The notes under the pieces were generated by a model that saw nothing but the letters and a program-made list of their open reading frames with translations, was not told the DNA's origin and did not search any database. Both the position numbers and the translations under genes were made by a program. A DNA stretch of 56,698 nucleotides, filler included, from Catajapyx aquilonaris (lineage: Eukaryota), in NCBI GenBank assembly GCA_000934665.2. It is 2 parts of 2 records of this genome, joined end to end, with 100 filler letters (N's around TTAATTAATTAA, not from the genome) between each part and the next. Parts side by side here need not be neighbours in the genome. Positions count along the whole stretch, not along the records: positions 1 to 28,369 come from JYFJ02004947.1; positions 28,470 to 56,698 come from JYFJ02004948.1. One strand, 5' to 3'. Within the stretch, counting starts at the first letter, position 1. The number at the start of each line of letters is the position of its first letter. Of the stretch, positions 28,056-43,945 are shown piece after piece.

Positions 28056-28369
28056 CAGGGTGTTTATTGTAACTCTGCAAGGACTTTCAGGGGTAATAGA
28101 GGGGACCAAGACAAGCATTTTTGACATAGGAACCCGTGTCCGGAAACGCCATCTAGAGGGGGTTCGTAGACAAGGAACGGGTGCGCTCAGACGCGTCAGG
28201 CGAGAGGCGCTAGGCGAGCGGACTGTTTTGTTCGTAGGTGGCGCGCAGTTGTTGCCAGGTAATGGCGCATCGCGTCGTTGTAAGTAAACAACAAGGCGAT
28301 ACGCCATAACCTGGCAACAACAGAACCGCTGTTGGCTATCCGCGAGTCTCCTAGGAGGCGGACTTTAGT
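28056..28369 (+). mobile_element. Probable left end of a Tc1/mariner-like element truncated by the gap
   Basis: TA followed by CAGGGTGTT, with an abrupt switch from AT-rich to GC/CpG-rich sequence; the right end is not visible. Confidence 0.4.
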
Positions 28370-28470
28370 NNNNNNNNNNNNNNNNNNNNNNNNNNNNNNN
28401 NNNNNNNNNNNNNTTAATTAATTAANNNNNNNNNNNNNNNNNNNNNNNNNNNNNNNNNNNNNNNNNNNNT
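28370..28470. other. Assembly gap with a synthetic six-frame stop linker
   Basis: 44 N, then TTAATTAATTAA (28414-28425), then 45 N. Confidence 0.9.
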
Positions 28471-28594
28471 TCTTTTTCCATCCCTGCACATGGAAAAAAG
28501 AAGCGCTTCTTGGAAGGAAGCGGTTCTTTTTCCATCCCTGCACATGGAAAAAAGAAGCGCTTCTTGGAAGGAAGCGGTTCTTTTTCCATCCCTG
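28471..28594. repeat. 54-bp tandem repeat (2.3 identical copies) at the contig edge
   Basis: Unit tctttttccatccctgcacatggaaaaaagaagcgcttcttggaaggaagcggt at 28471 and 28525, partial copy at 28579. Confidence 0.9.
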
Positions 28595-28664
28595 TGGACG
28601 GCCCCTTAGTTTGAATGGTATTGTTGACATTTGCTTTTGTGACATCAATTTTTCCTGTTTACAG

Positions 28665-31427
<2,763 letters not shown>

Positions 31428-31555
31428 AAGCATCTCAAGATATTACTAATCTGTGCACAATCATGACAATAAGAGATATTAAGTTTTGTTTGATAATATG
31501 TCCACTAGCTTGCAAATATTTAGGTCACTATGTACAATAAAAAAATTTGTTATCA

Positions 31556-33397
31556 TTACCTGTAATGTCTTTTAATCACAGTGCAGCTTTGAGGTAATGA
31601 TAGAAGCTTAATATCACATTTAAGAATATTTCCAGCTGAATCTTGTGCAATCATGGTGATTGCGTTGGTTGTGGGAAGGTGCAGCCAGAGCTTGGATCGG
31701 GTCAACTGGAAATCATGCACTGCTTCAGTGGGGCCAAACGTCCACGTCTCCAGGACTGTCCCAGAAGGATCTCTTGCCTCAATTACTCGCCACAAGTAGG
31801 GAGACTTCAGGGTGTGATTTTCACACAATGGAAGTTGGATACTCGCAACAAGGTTAGGGTTGAACCACCTGCATATTAAAATTATATTAGTAAGTTTAAT
31901 GGCTTTTTTCAGCTTAACATTGTTCTCCATATTCATAAGGCATGCTAGCAATTAATCTATTAGTGGTACAGTGCTGGATATTAATTCCGTCGTACCGCTA
32001 GTGACATTTCAGATGTGGCAGAAGTGCAAAGCGCATTTCTTACACGGTTTGCTCACCACTTCGCTTTGCACATCTGCCGCATCGAAAGATGTCCCTAGAA
32101 GTACGACGGAATTAATGTCCAGCACTGTACAGTGTATATTTACTTTGAAGTATGCACTGGTTACATTATTTGGCTTGTAAACAATTATATACAAAATATT
32201 TTCTCCAACAACAAATTTAAGACAAAAACTTCAGACTTTCAGAAATCATTGGCACATAATCACAAGCACTGAAGTTAGAGTGATTCAAATTTATCCAGAC
32301 TCCAAGGATATAAACAGCATACCGATGCCCTGTTAGCAAAGCAGTGCATGATTTGGACCAATAGAAATTGTGCTTTGTATGCGATGCTGACAGAAAAGCA
32401 TCAACTTGGTTAAATCCTTGTCCCATGATTCCATCGGCAGTATGGCCCAAATCAAATGTATGTCCAAGCTCGTGCACTACGGCACCGAGAGTTGTTGAAA
32501 AGCAACCGCCACGTGTTCCTCTGAAAGAAGTGACAATATTATTCAAGAAAGTGAACTGGGTAGTGAATGACGTGAGCTACCTTCGTCTGATGAAATCCTC
32601 TACCTGAAATCGCTGTCGTCCATGAAGAACTCCCAATCAACAGGCCGCTTGTCCCTCAAGCAAACCTGGACATGTTGAAGATCTGAAGGCCAGCAGTACA
32701 GGCAGCCTGTCCCCATGAGAGCCAGTCCATCACCACCAAGTGCACAATGCCCTTTGACCCTCTGCAACAGCTCAGAATGTGTCCTTGGCTTTTGGCCATT
32801 CTTATTGTGATACCGGGTGCAGGACAGAAACGCCAACAGCTTGCACTGCTCAGACCAAATAGACGACTGCACCAATTCCTTTGCCAACTCGCGCCACAGT
32901 TCCTCCTGATTGAAACCATATGCCTCTTCAACCGTCACACGACTGTGGTATACATGACAAGTTGGCTCCAAACTAAATGTGCGTCCCAGAGTATGAGCAT
33001 ATATTGTTTGAACCAATTCGGCCCCAAGACTTATGCGTCTGCAAGCGCTCTCAATGCTGCCATCCTCAGTCACTGGGCACTGAAACCGTCCCTGGTTCAT
33101 ATCACCCTGGAACACTACATACAACAGCTTGACATGCAGCGGCGTAAGGGTAGGGTCATACTTTAATTTCACTGTCACGCAGGAACCCTCACACTCTAAG
33201 AGGACTTGGTTCCATCCCGGTTTGAGACGGACTAATGATTTGAACCCACTGTTTGAAATGGGCCATTCCATTCTACTGTGATCAACAGATGTAACCAGCT
33301 TCGTGCTTTTATTTTTGACAGTCCCTTCCAGTAGAACTATTGGGTATGTTAATGTCTGTCCATCTCTCACACTACCCAGTGTCACCCACTGGCTCAT
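31556..33397 (-). CDS. Putative zinc metalloproteinase, YIL108W/Metallopep-like (metzincin-type), about 434 aa
   Basis: Exons 33397-32604, 32520-32323 and 31868-31556; both introns are GT-AG and phase 2; total 1305 nt. Zinc motif HELGHTFDLGH is followed by a Met-turn-like GIMGQGF, and CALGGDGLALMG and DDSDFRGTRGGCFSTTLGA resemble this family. The start Met (MSQWV) is inferred; the frame stays open upstream to 33616. Confidence 0.85.
31969..32127. mobile_element. 159-bp foldback MITE in metalloprotease intron 2
   Basis: TIRs CAGTGCTGGA(T/C)ATTAATTCCGTCGTAC, with imperfect pairing continuing inward to about 65 bp; TA on both flanks. Confidence 0.88.
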
Positions 33398-36300
33398 GTT
33401 GGTTCTTGGTATACACCAGGCTGTCCTCTGAACACACTGGTTTAACCACTGGTTTAACGTGGATTTAACCTCTGGTTTTCGTGAAGTGACATCTGGAAAC
33501 AACAACAACAGACACTTCGGTAGTGGCCAAACAGGCGATAGTATCATCACAAGATTGTAGTAGTTAGTTGGTATGACGTCACAGCTCAATACAGGGTGGG
33601 ACAAAAGTTTCACCATAATATTATTTTAATATTAATAATCATTTTTCGTGAATGGTTCGGTCATTTGTTTCCCTGCAATTGTTGGACTGAAGGAAGGACA
33701 TTGTTCCGGATAGATAGAGCAACAAATCAATTTTCTTCACATATCATTAATTGCTTGTCATGTTCAACCTTTGTGTTTTGTGTATAGTTCCTCTGACGCA
33801 TTTCGAGAGTTCGAAGGCTACTTTCTGAATGAAAGTTTCAAAATACCGGTACCGGTGCTGCAGATGGGAACACGAAAGGTGACTAGCTCAAATAATGATA
33901 ACGACGTGACAAATAACAACCTTTTGTAAATAAAACCTTTTTTTTTCCCCCTAATAAAGGTTTTCCTTGGTGAACTACCTGACCCCATGTGCGTCATCCT
34001 TGACGTCATTGGTTGGCTTTGTCCCACTGATTAGTTGACATTTATGTATTCCTTTTGATGTCATGTAATTATTAGAAAGTGGCAAAAAAAAAATGCAGCC
34101 ATCATCACCATTTTTTAATATATTGATTTTATCACTCGTTTTTTAAAATCATCACATGCCCAATGCGAATATTGAACTCAATTGATGACACATTTGATTA
34201 TCTTATAATTATGTTTAGATCGGTCATATCGATATTTAAAAATTATGAATTGCCAGTTATTGCCAGCCATGCAGATATTATTGCATTATTTGTTGACAGT
34301 GAAAAGTAAACACACACAGTATATATGCAAATGTATAGAAATAAAACTAATTCACATGTTCCAGAATGGTCAAAGTTGAAAATAATATAAAATCATAAAT
34401 TCGAGCTAGTTCTGCCCAACAATATAGACCAATTGAGCCCATTCAATTTCTACACAAATAGCTCTCATTATTACGACGCACAATGTAAAAAAATTACGTT
34501 TACACGAAAGTGGGTCTGTAAGTCTTCCGGGTGCACCTCCCAAAAATACAAGGCAAGAAATTCCGTTGAAGGTAGTACCATCGATAATCGTACGAGGAGG
34601 AGGAACATTGGGCGTGCCACCAGTCCCAAAAATAGTGGTTTTGGAAGGGTCATTCACCTCTTGTGGCTTGGTAAACTAGCTCCAAGCAATATTGTCAGCT
34701 TATGTCAGTAAATTCATAACTAGTGATTAATCATAAAACTGCTTGTTCATGATTTACCATCGAGCCCTGTAGGTAACGACAATTGAAGCTGCGTGCTCCA
34801 CATACTGCCATCTAATTACTTCCATTCCTCGCCACAGACAATAAGAGTAATAATAAACCAAGACTTGAAGCAGCAGACCTGTTGGACTGGCTCCGGGGCA
34901 ACTATACAGGGCCAAACGTGTACCGGTGGCTATTTGTAGAACAATCTACATATTTTAAAACCAATTTACCGTTTCTTCTCTAGTGACCTGATTGTGCCAG
35001 GCTTTTTACCGAGTGCAGGAAATGGCGCTATGCCCATCGGTACAATAGCAAAAAAATATATATATATATAATTATAGTGACGTCACATTGATGCTAATTA
35101 CAGTGTGTAGCTTTATCCTGTCGGTTAGTTAACCAATATATCTTGGTTGTTCAACTTGAAGCATACTCGGCAGGGGCATGCACTATTATTACTATAGTTT
35201 CCAGCTTTTTGAATTATTATTTTTTTTGCTGATAACTCAAAATTGACCACATGATACGCTCAAATGTGCCACGGAAACAGTTAAACCGCAACTCCCAGTA
35301 TCCCACAGAGACAACAAAAGAAGGTATGAACCACGTGCAAAAATTATGCAATACAGGAGGTGCCGGTTGGCTGGAAGAGCGGTCTTTTCATGTAACAAGA
35401 AGTAGAACCCGTTGCGAATCCTTGCAAATGGCTTCAGGTTAGATTCATAATATATACCAAAAAAATTTAATAAAAAAAGGAAAGTACTCCACGTGGACGA
35501 CACTGTTTGGTCATTTACAGTTCTTAATAAATTAAAGGACGTTGCATACTTAATAAACACACTGCTGATATTGAGATCGAGCCAAACCATATAAGTTGGT
35601 CGTGCCAGAAATTGTTTACCACTGACAATCTTGACCTCAATTTTTGCTGGTTTGCTTGTGTTGTTGTTTTGGTCATTCACCGGTCTGTCAGGAAAGACCA
35701 TGCCGGGTTCCAAGTTCTAGAAGACGTAATCCGCACCATTAGAGTCCAACAAAACTAGGAGTCGCCATACGAGACCACCAGTCTACCAACCATCTTCCTG
35801 AAACCTCCTTTGATTTTTGACACGGAACTCCTGATCAAAAAAAGTTGTCCCAGAAGTGGAGGAATCACACCACTTTTTGGGTTACCCTACTTTTATATAC
35901 ATGAATGTAACTCGTTACGTCCAAGTAACAGTTGGAACATATGGAGCAGTGACAATTTTTTTTTAAAAATGCCCCGTGATATGGAGGGCGCTGCAATGAC
36001 TTTTCTGAAAATACACCAGACCTTTTTCCTGGCCCTGGGCAGAGTAGGGAGTGCAATTCTGCCCCGGCATGGGTGAAAAGCGGAAAAAGTGACAACATAT
36101 GGAGTAGTGACAACATATGGAGCAGTGACCACAATAATTGGAGGGATTACCGTGTACGGCCGGTAGTCCTTGCGGATGAAAAGGAGTGGCATACATGGTG
36201 GAAAGGTGTGTGTGAGTGTTAAGGGTGGGGTGTTGGTTGGAGGTAGTGGATGGTGGGGGGAGAGACCCTTTTCCCACCTGCCGAGCCCTCCAATCCCGTC

Positions 36301-39300
36301 CACTGCACCTGCACGAGAGGTCGGTCATTGCCCTGGCTCCTGCTGGACTTTCACTCTCGATGGAGAACTGGGACAAAAAGCCGCTAAGAAGGACGCAGGA
36401 AGGACCTCGCCTTATTACCTACCTACCTACCACCCAGCTTCTTCCCTTCCCTTGCAACCTTTCCGCTTCAGGTCCACTCACTTATGTTCCAATATGTTTT
36501 AATGTTCAAAAAGTAGGTGCAAGCTAACCCAGAAATTGGGTCTAGCATTATGGGTCTGATGCCCGGTAGTGGTTTGGTAATAATCAAAGTGGAAGAACCG
36601 GAGCCTCGATGCGGATTTCCACGCCCAGGAACTGGGTTAGTTGGGGGGATATCATTTCGCACACGAGGATGGCTCAGGAGGAATCCAGTTTCATTACGAA
36701 GAAGATGGTCCGTTTTTTCCACTTAAAATAGAGTGGACAACGGAGGCTGCTGGCCACCTTCATAACCAAAGCAGCAAGTCCCTTCTATACGAAATTCTTC
36801 CTCAGCCCTCAATTGCAGGCGAGGCCAGCAAGTGTTATTTGAGCAGACCCGCCCCAGCATGCATCATATCCATACACACTCACACATATCCGCCATTCAC
36901 TTTCCACGCATATCAACGGGGACACATTCCCGGTGTTTCTTGGGGTCATTGTCCTGCCCACTTGGATGTTTCCACATGGTGTCCATTCATCTGGTTTCCC
37001 AGCCCAAGTGTGTTGTAACTGGTAGAGATCCGCCTTGGCAACAGCAGCATCATCCTGAGGCACGCGTGCGTCCATTGAGAGAGGCAAGGCGACCCAATGG
37101 CCAAGTGCCGGGAGTGCTAACGGGACTGGCCCTCAGGTCCCGTACCTTTTTTGTCGCTGGTTGCTACTACCATCATCCCGACGGATAAGATAAGCGGCCG
37201 AGCCCAGGAGTAGCCCACCGGACCGATTAATCGGAAACTGCCTTCCTCGCTTCAAGGAAACTTGTCTTATTCCTCCGGCCCATAAATAACACTGACCTTC
37301 CAGCATGGGTCGAGCCTTTTCAAGATGCCCCGCTGGGCCGGCCGGGCAGGCAAGCCAAAAGAATGGCGCGCGGTGCAGCAAACATCAGTTCTTATCTCTA
37401 AGCCGGGATGAGCAAACCTTATGGAACGAATAGTGGTGGTGCAAATCGGGTGTGTGAACATTCTGGAGCAAACAAGTCGCGAATTCCTTGCTCCTGTTTG
37501 GCTGCAGTCAACGGCACCCATGTCGTCGGAGGAGTCTGTTTACATTTTCAGAGGGCAATGTCCTCTGGTGGTGAAAAGATTTGCTCGGGAATAAAATGGC
37601 AATAAGAAAGCTAGCTCGGTATGCACGACGCAAACTGGACTCGCTTCCCCCTTTTGCCCGCCCCCTGCCCCTTACCTGCCTACCAACCATCCAACTGGCA
37701 TAATGCAATTGTGCGCCTTTTTTTTCCCGTTTCAAACCAAGATAGCCGTAGCTTCCAGGAGCACCTTCCCCGCCTTCCTAATGACCCGTGACACCGTTCG
37801 CTAGCCCACGGACATGCCCAGAAAAGTAAAGCCCCCACCGATTGAATGCATGTATCCAACGGTTAATTCCCCCCCTGTACACCCCTAGAAAAGATCAAAG
37901 GAGAGACCCACTAGAAAGAGCGGGAACACTATTTTACACACCCTACGCAAAGAACTGCTTCTTTTATTACCACTGTTCAACCAGGGTCTTATTGTCGCAT
38001 CTATAAAAATTAGATCAAATAGTGCATGCTATTAGGATATAGAGCTGTGAACAAGGTGAGGTTTCGGTAGGTGGTAATCCCATATTCCGTTGGTGCGTGT
38101 CCAGAATGCAAATCTGGCAGGGTTCAATGTCCTCAGAAAAATTAAGTAACCCTTATCAGTGGATCGACCTAATGGCACCGCGATGTTTTTTGTCCCGAAA
38201 ATTGACCTCGATGTTTGCTGTCTACCAGCGACGACGATTGGCCGGTTTTAAGGCTCGTTAATTCCGCCCAAATCATACACCGGGCCATTATTTTAGCTCC
38301 CGAGGAAGTGTGTATACTGGTTTCTGGTGTTACAAAACGAGTCATGATACGGCACGGATTGAGTCAGTTTTTGAAGGGGGGGGGNGGGGGGGGGTAGGGG
38401 GTACATATAGTATATAAAAAAAGTGAAGGGAAAACACATCTAAGTGGAGAGCCTGTTTTGCAGGTGCCACGCTTATGTATATTTTGCGTGCTGTTAGAAG
38501 GCTTATTTTGTCATCACGAGGTCATATTAATTTTATGTTTCGAGAGTGGTTGCCTCCGGAGGTGAGGGACCCGACGAAGACATAAAAAAAACTGTACTGG
38601 TCCTAAAACAACAATCAGGACCGTAACGCGGTAGAGGATTTTATAGCTCCCGAATGAAGGGCACTACCTGGAAGACGCCACACGGACTAAAACCCTTGTG
38701 AAGAGAGCAATTTCGGCAAAAGGGCTTATTGGCGAATTATATGGTAGTAAAGCCAGACACGCCTCTTGGCAGTGTGGACCGCTCGCTCGACATTCCTTTG
38801 AGCCCTTTTTGAAGGGATGTCAGTCAAGTTTTGTTATAAGTGGCCTGCTTTTTTAAAAAAAAAGGCGGCCTCTATGTAATCAATCCATCAGAGTTGGTGT
38901 TCAAATTGCAAAAACTTGTCCAAATTTTTGATATTTTAAAAATGAATAGACCTGTAACCTACATATGGACATTCAGCTAACTACCAACAGATTAATATTT
39001 AACATATAATAATCAGTATACTGTTAAATAATACTACCATTGTCAATATATCAGTGTTATTCAAGGTTATTTATACATCTCATGTGAGATATGGGTAATA
39101 TAACAGTTGACAACGTATCGCGAGCAGTTTTTTATTCAATTTCCAGCTCGTGCAGGAAAGATTAATATTTTGTAGGGGGGGAATATCATATAACTAGATA
39201 TTACTGGCCTCCAATGAATGCTTCCGGGATACACAAGATATGGTTTCTTTATTTTGAGACCATTGAACTTTGTTGTCCCATATACATGCTATTTACAGTC

Positions 39301-42300
39301 GTATTTTCTTCACGACTTCTTCTTATATCTTTCTGAGCGTATACCCCGTCTGGATCAGGAGTTCCTGTTTTTTTAGCACTTTATAGTTCAATCTATCAGG
39401 TAAGTAATCGGTCATTTTTAATATACAAAAGCCTATTGTTGTCTGACAGGATGTAGTGATAATATGTGGACTTACCTTTTGAAGATATGCCCCAGTATAA
39501 CTGACCGGCACTTTACGTGAGGTTATCTATCTCTATAATCAGTTTCATAAATGGAACTATGTGTCACACTCTTTTTGTGAATTTCAATTTTAAAATATTG
39601 TCCCATCTTCAAAAAGCAAGCCAACAGAGGAGGTCATTGGCGTCTTATGTTTACAGCGTTCCTTTCTCATCAGAACCTCAGGCAACTATTTTTAATGCGA
39701 TGTTTGTGTTCTCACACTGAATTCTTTGTGACAATATTCGTATATGACGCAGATCGCAACAGAATATGCTGGGGATCAAAATACCTGAAGCAAGTAATGC
39801 GAAAAAACATTCTCTCACATCTTTATGTAGAATTCCAGTCCATCGAGCCAATTTAGAACCAGAATTTTCTCTATTTTTTTACACATTATAAGGACCTACA
39901 TTTTTTTTTTAAATCATGCCTCTCTGCAGTATCTTCTTTCACTTTTGACCATTGTCTCCTGCCCTTTTACCATTTCCTCACTCAACTCCCTGCAGACCTC
40001 CTTTCAACTGTTGTCACCCAAAAATATTTTGACTCCTATGACGCAGGTCCATTAGCTCAAAATATATATTTTTTTTCCTCTGCATAACAAATGGCCCAAC
40101 CTTTTGTGACGAAAAGAAGGGAAGAATTACATAACTAGCACGCGTCCAAGCTGAGGTTAATGTCCTCCTTTGAAGCTTCTGGCACGGTAACCAGCTTATT
40201 TGCTCATAACCTCTTTTTTTTATATTCTTCTGATCCTCTCCTCTGGGATTCAGTATTGGTCCCTCAGGGAACTTAAGAAGTGGGTCAGGAAGGAAGAGGC
40301 GTGACGTCCTTGGCTTGTTGCAACTACCTTTCGTGGCAAGGCTTCTAGATTATTAACACACCCTTGAATGCTACAATTTTTTTTTGTGGTTCTTGTGCCA
40401 GTGGAAACCGTCATTCTCGTCAGTGGTGGTGGTTTCAGTAATTAAATGGCACTTGCGAATTTCTACTGATCGCTAGATGGCTCTGAACAATTTTGCGAAA
40501 AAGTTTTCGCCAGACTCAACAGGCGCCGCCTGTTCCATCTTTTTCTCATAATCTTCACCCACCTTAGTACCGGTAAAATTAATTAGTGTATCAGTTTCAA
40601 AACAGGTTTTTTTTTGAACCGAAAAAAAAATGTTCCAGAAAAATAGCATGTTCCAAATATAAAAATCAGGTTCAGAAAATGCCTGGATGCGACGCCGTTG
40701 GGTGGGGTCCAATGCTCCCAAATGGACCTTGAGAAACACGTCGCCCTCTCCGTGACATTAGCCCAAGAGTAATGGACAGTCCACCCTCTTACCCACCCAA
40801 AGGATGGTCATCTTTTTTTTTATTTTTATTTTTAGGGATTCCATAGGAGTGCAGTGATCTCTGCTGAGTACACCCCACCAGTGGTGCAGCCGTTGACCTA
40901 TACCAGATTCCTCATCACTTTTGGAGAAAAGAAATGACTCTCATTGCCATGTCATTGACTCACCCTTTGTCCACATATGAGGCTCATAGTTGCTTAAAAA
41001 ATAACTGAGTTAAAAAAAATTTGAGGAATTCGATGAGAGGGCAGTGAACGCAAATTTTTATCACATTCTGGGCGAATTTCAAATAATTTTTTTTGTCTGG
41101 TTTTCCCAGATCATGACCTTCAGGACCTACCTCACCGCGAATACGTTACAAGGACCACGTCTTGTATGGCGGATCTCCCTCAGGAGGTCGAGGACCCCCC
41201 TCCTTCAGGATCGAAGATCTTGGGTTACGACCCTCAGAAAATGGACACGTCATTGGTCTAGCAGCATCCAGCAACGACCTGCACAATGTGGACTTTAACC
41301 TCCAGTACATATCCTTGGAAGGGAGAAAAAAAAAGACACAGTTGCAAGGTAAATGGGAGATGCTATTGTACAAAAACCGACCTTCATTTTGTAAATCCAG
41401 TTTCTATGATGCACATGTTACCTACCTCAACAATCTATAGCTGGAGGGCCCATTTCAGAGAAAATAATGACCATTTACATGGAAAGGCATCAGTTTTCCT
41501 TTCAACGGTCAGCGAACCCAATGGAAATACTTTCTATTACGCAACTAGTTGACACAAAGGGGGGGGGGGGGGAATTCCCAACCCACTCACATATGGCCAT
41601 GCGTAGAAAGGCACTTTATGACGTCCCGCGTCAACCGCCGTTAATATTGATGGGGAAAGTAAGTCAAGTCATTAGCCTCACCTTGAAATGTAATAGGGAC
41701 AATTTACTACCTGAGAATGATACTTGAAGGAGAATTATTCATAGGGGTCAAAAACCATCAAAGCAGGTGCTAACAATGTATAAGACACAAAATGTCAAAG
41801 AAGTCTCCTTGAACATTTTTTTTAAAAATAAATATTTTTAAAATATTAATTTTCTTAAATAATATGGCTCGAAGTGGGAAGAGACTGAGAGCAGACAGCG
41901 AGTTAGGTTCAATGACTTGGCGCCAGGGAGCCCCAAAGGGAGCCGGGGAATGTGGGTCAACGACAAGCGGGTGAAGGACGCGAGGAAGGAATGGTGATGG
42001 TACGATGGTCCCCTCGCCTCCTGCCCCTCCTTACCCGCCCCTTATCCAGCTCAGGAGCAGGAGGATGGAGACCGCGCCAGTGTGGTGCCGATGCCCACTG
42101 GTCACCTCGCTTGACCATTTGGCCTCAGAGGGTCAGAAGGAGGATCCCTTGCTTTTGATGACTTTGCCGTTTCTCACGTGGAAGCGTCAGATTGCACGTG
42201 GCTGGGGTGCAGCATCCACCAGATGGCATTGCCAGTAGCGGCAAATCCCCCAGATCTCTGTCTGCATATTAAATAATAAACAAACAAATTGCTTTAATTT

Positions 42301-43902
42301 TTGATTACATTCATAATTTCAAAGTGTAAGCAGCCATTTTGGATATTTCCACAAACTGAGACACCTAGTACATTGATGGTACATAGTACAGGAAAAGAAC
42401 GGCCTTTCTACTGGCCACACAGTCATCGGAGGTGCTCTAGTTTTAGGTCGACGGTACGGATCACGGTCACCGATTTATAGAGCCGCAGGTCATTCGCTTC
42501 GAAACAGGCTCGTTAAAAATTCGAATGGTTTCAAACCAGTTCCGTTCTCTAAATCCACCACCGGACTAAATTAATGTCCGGCGGCCTTTCCAACGGGCAT
42601 GAAATATGGATCCCTCCATTTGTTACATGGCAAAAGGCCCCTACGCTCTGATTTTCGCCTTATTGCGTGTGTGCGTGGTTGTCTGTCGACAGAGTTTTGT
42701 GACGACAACATCGGCGGTGGTGGCCGTCGGCGCAACCTGTTTGTCGGTCTCTCTTTCATGGGCCCCGCCAGCATGTATAGTTGATGGCCTTGGGGTGGTC
42801 TTTCCCACCTCCCGCCAGGTGTGAGAATGTTGATCTCCTTGGGACGAACGGTTGGCAGCCGTTCGCCCAAATATCTTATCCGACTCTGAGTCATCTGCCA
42901 CGCGCTATTTGGTCCAACACCCTCCACACACCTACTACAAATAATTATACAAATTGTTCACAAACCGAAGAGGACGCCATACATATCGATATATCGAATG
43001 AGTAACTCTTTTTTAAAACCAATAAATTTGTGATGTCAACAATATTTGCTACCGTAACAATAATTAAGATTTTGATGTGATTCGATATCTATTTATAATA
43101 TGGACATTCTGATGTTGCATTGAAGCTCAAGGGGAAGTGCACATATATTGTGTAACATAGAGGTCTGGGAGTTCCCCGGACTGCCACCTACTATAATATG
43201 TTTAAGAAGAAATGTGACATCTGGGACAGCCTTGAATGATTTGTAGTTGTAATACGTTGACAGCTTACAATTATCACATGCTAATTGAATATCATGTATA
43301 TAGTTGAAAGTTCTGCGTACGAGGTTCTATGTACTTTCCTGTTGTTTTTTTGCGTGTCAGCAATCCATTGAGAATTGAATAACCCCTGCAGTACTACAGT
43401 GCAGTAAACTGTTTATTACGATGATTATCGTCAACTGTACTAACGCCTACTATCATTTTGATGACGTCTTAATTTTCGGCAAATATAAACTCCCAAATTG
43501 GCTCATGATACAAAAAAAAACCAGTCTGACCGGCAGTAGTGATTGGTACTTGAGTAACTCGCAAATTTTTTCCGCCCATGTATTATACGATAACAGCTAC
43601 CATGTGATTAAGGGATGCTATATAAGAGACTCGTTCCGGTCACTCACTCCATATATACACCTTGCACTCGACAAGTCACTTGATGTTTTTCTTTCGTGAC
43701 GTCAAAATATTCCGATTAATCAATTATGATGCATCGTAAGCAATTCGATTCAGGCCTTCGAGGAAACATGATAAGCGGAAGTTCAGGAAATCCTCTCTCG
43801 TCTATTGAACTTGTCCAATGTTCAAGCTGTGCGATGTGAAAGGGTCAAAGTGCAAGAGACTTCGTCTGGGCAGAGTGACATACGTAAATAACAGTCGCAT
43901 GT

Positions 43903-43945
43903 ATAGCATATGCAAATGTGAATGATTCACATTTGCATATGCTAT
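43903..43945. promoter_or_regulatory. Perfect 43-bp palindrome containing two inverted octamer (ATGCAAAT) motifs
   Basis: ATAGCATATGCAAATGTGAAT-G-ATTCACATTTGCATATGCTAT. The palindrome is certain; the regulatory role is inferred. Confidence 0.5.

Noticed and set aside
28471..28594. CRISPR-like repeat
   Set aside because: Units are identical with no unique spacers, and the context is eukaryotic.
33592..34028. Possible mariner-like MITE (TA-CAGGGTGGGACAAAAG ... TTTGTCCCACTG)
   Set aside because: Only 10 bp of inverted match and no right-hand TA.
38767..40470. miRNA look-alikes: miR-34-like TGGCAGTGTGG (38767), miR-263-like AATGGCACTTGCGAATT (40446); also let-7-like at 29381 and miR-1-like at 53707
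   Set aside because: Only the 5' seed-length portion matches, and there is no convincing precursor hairpin.
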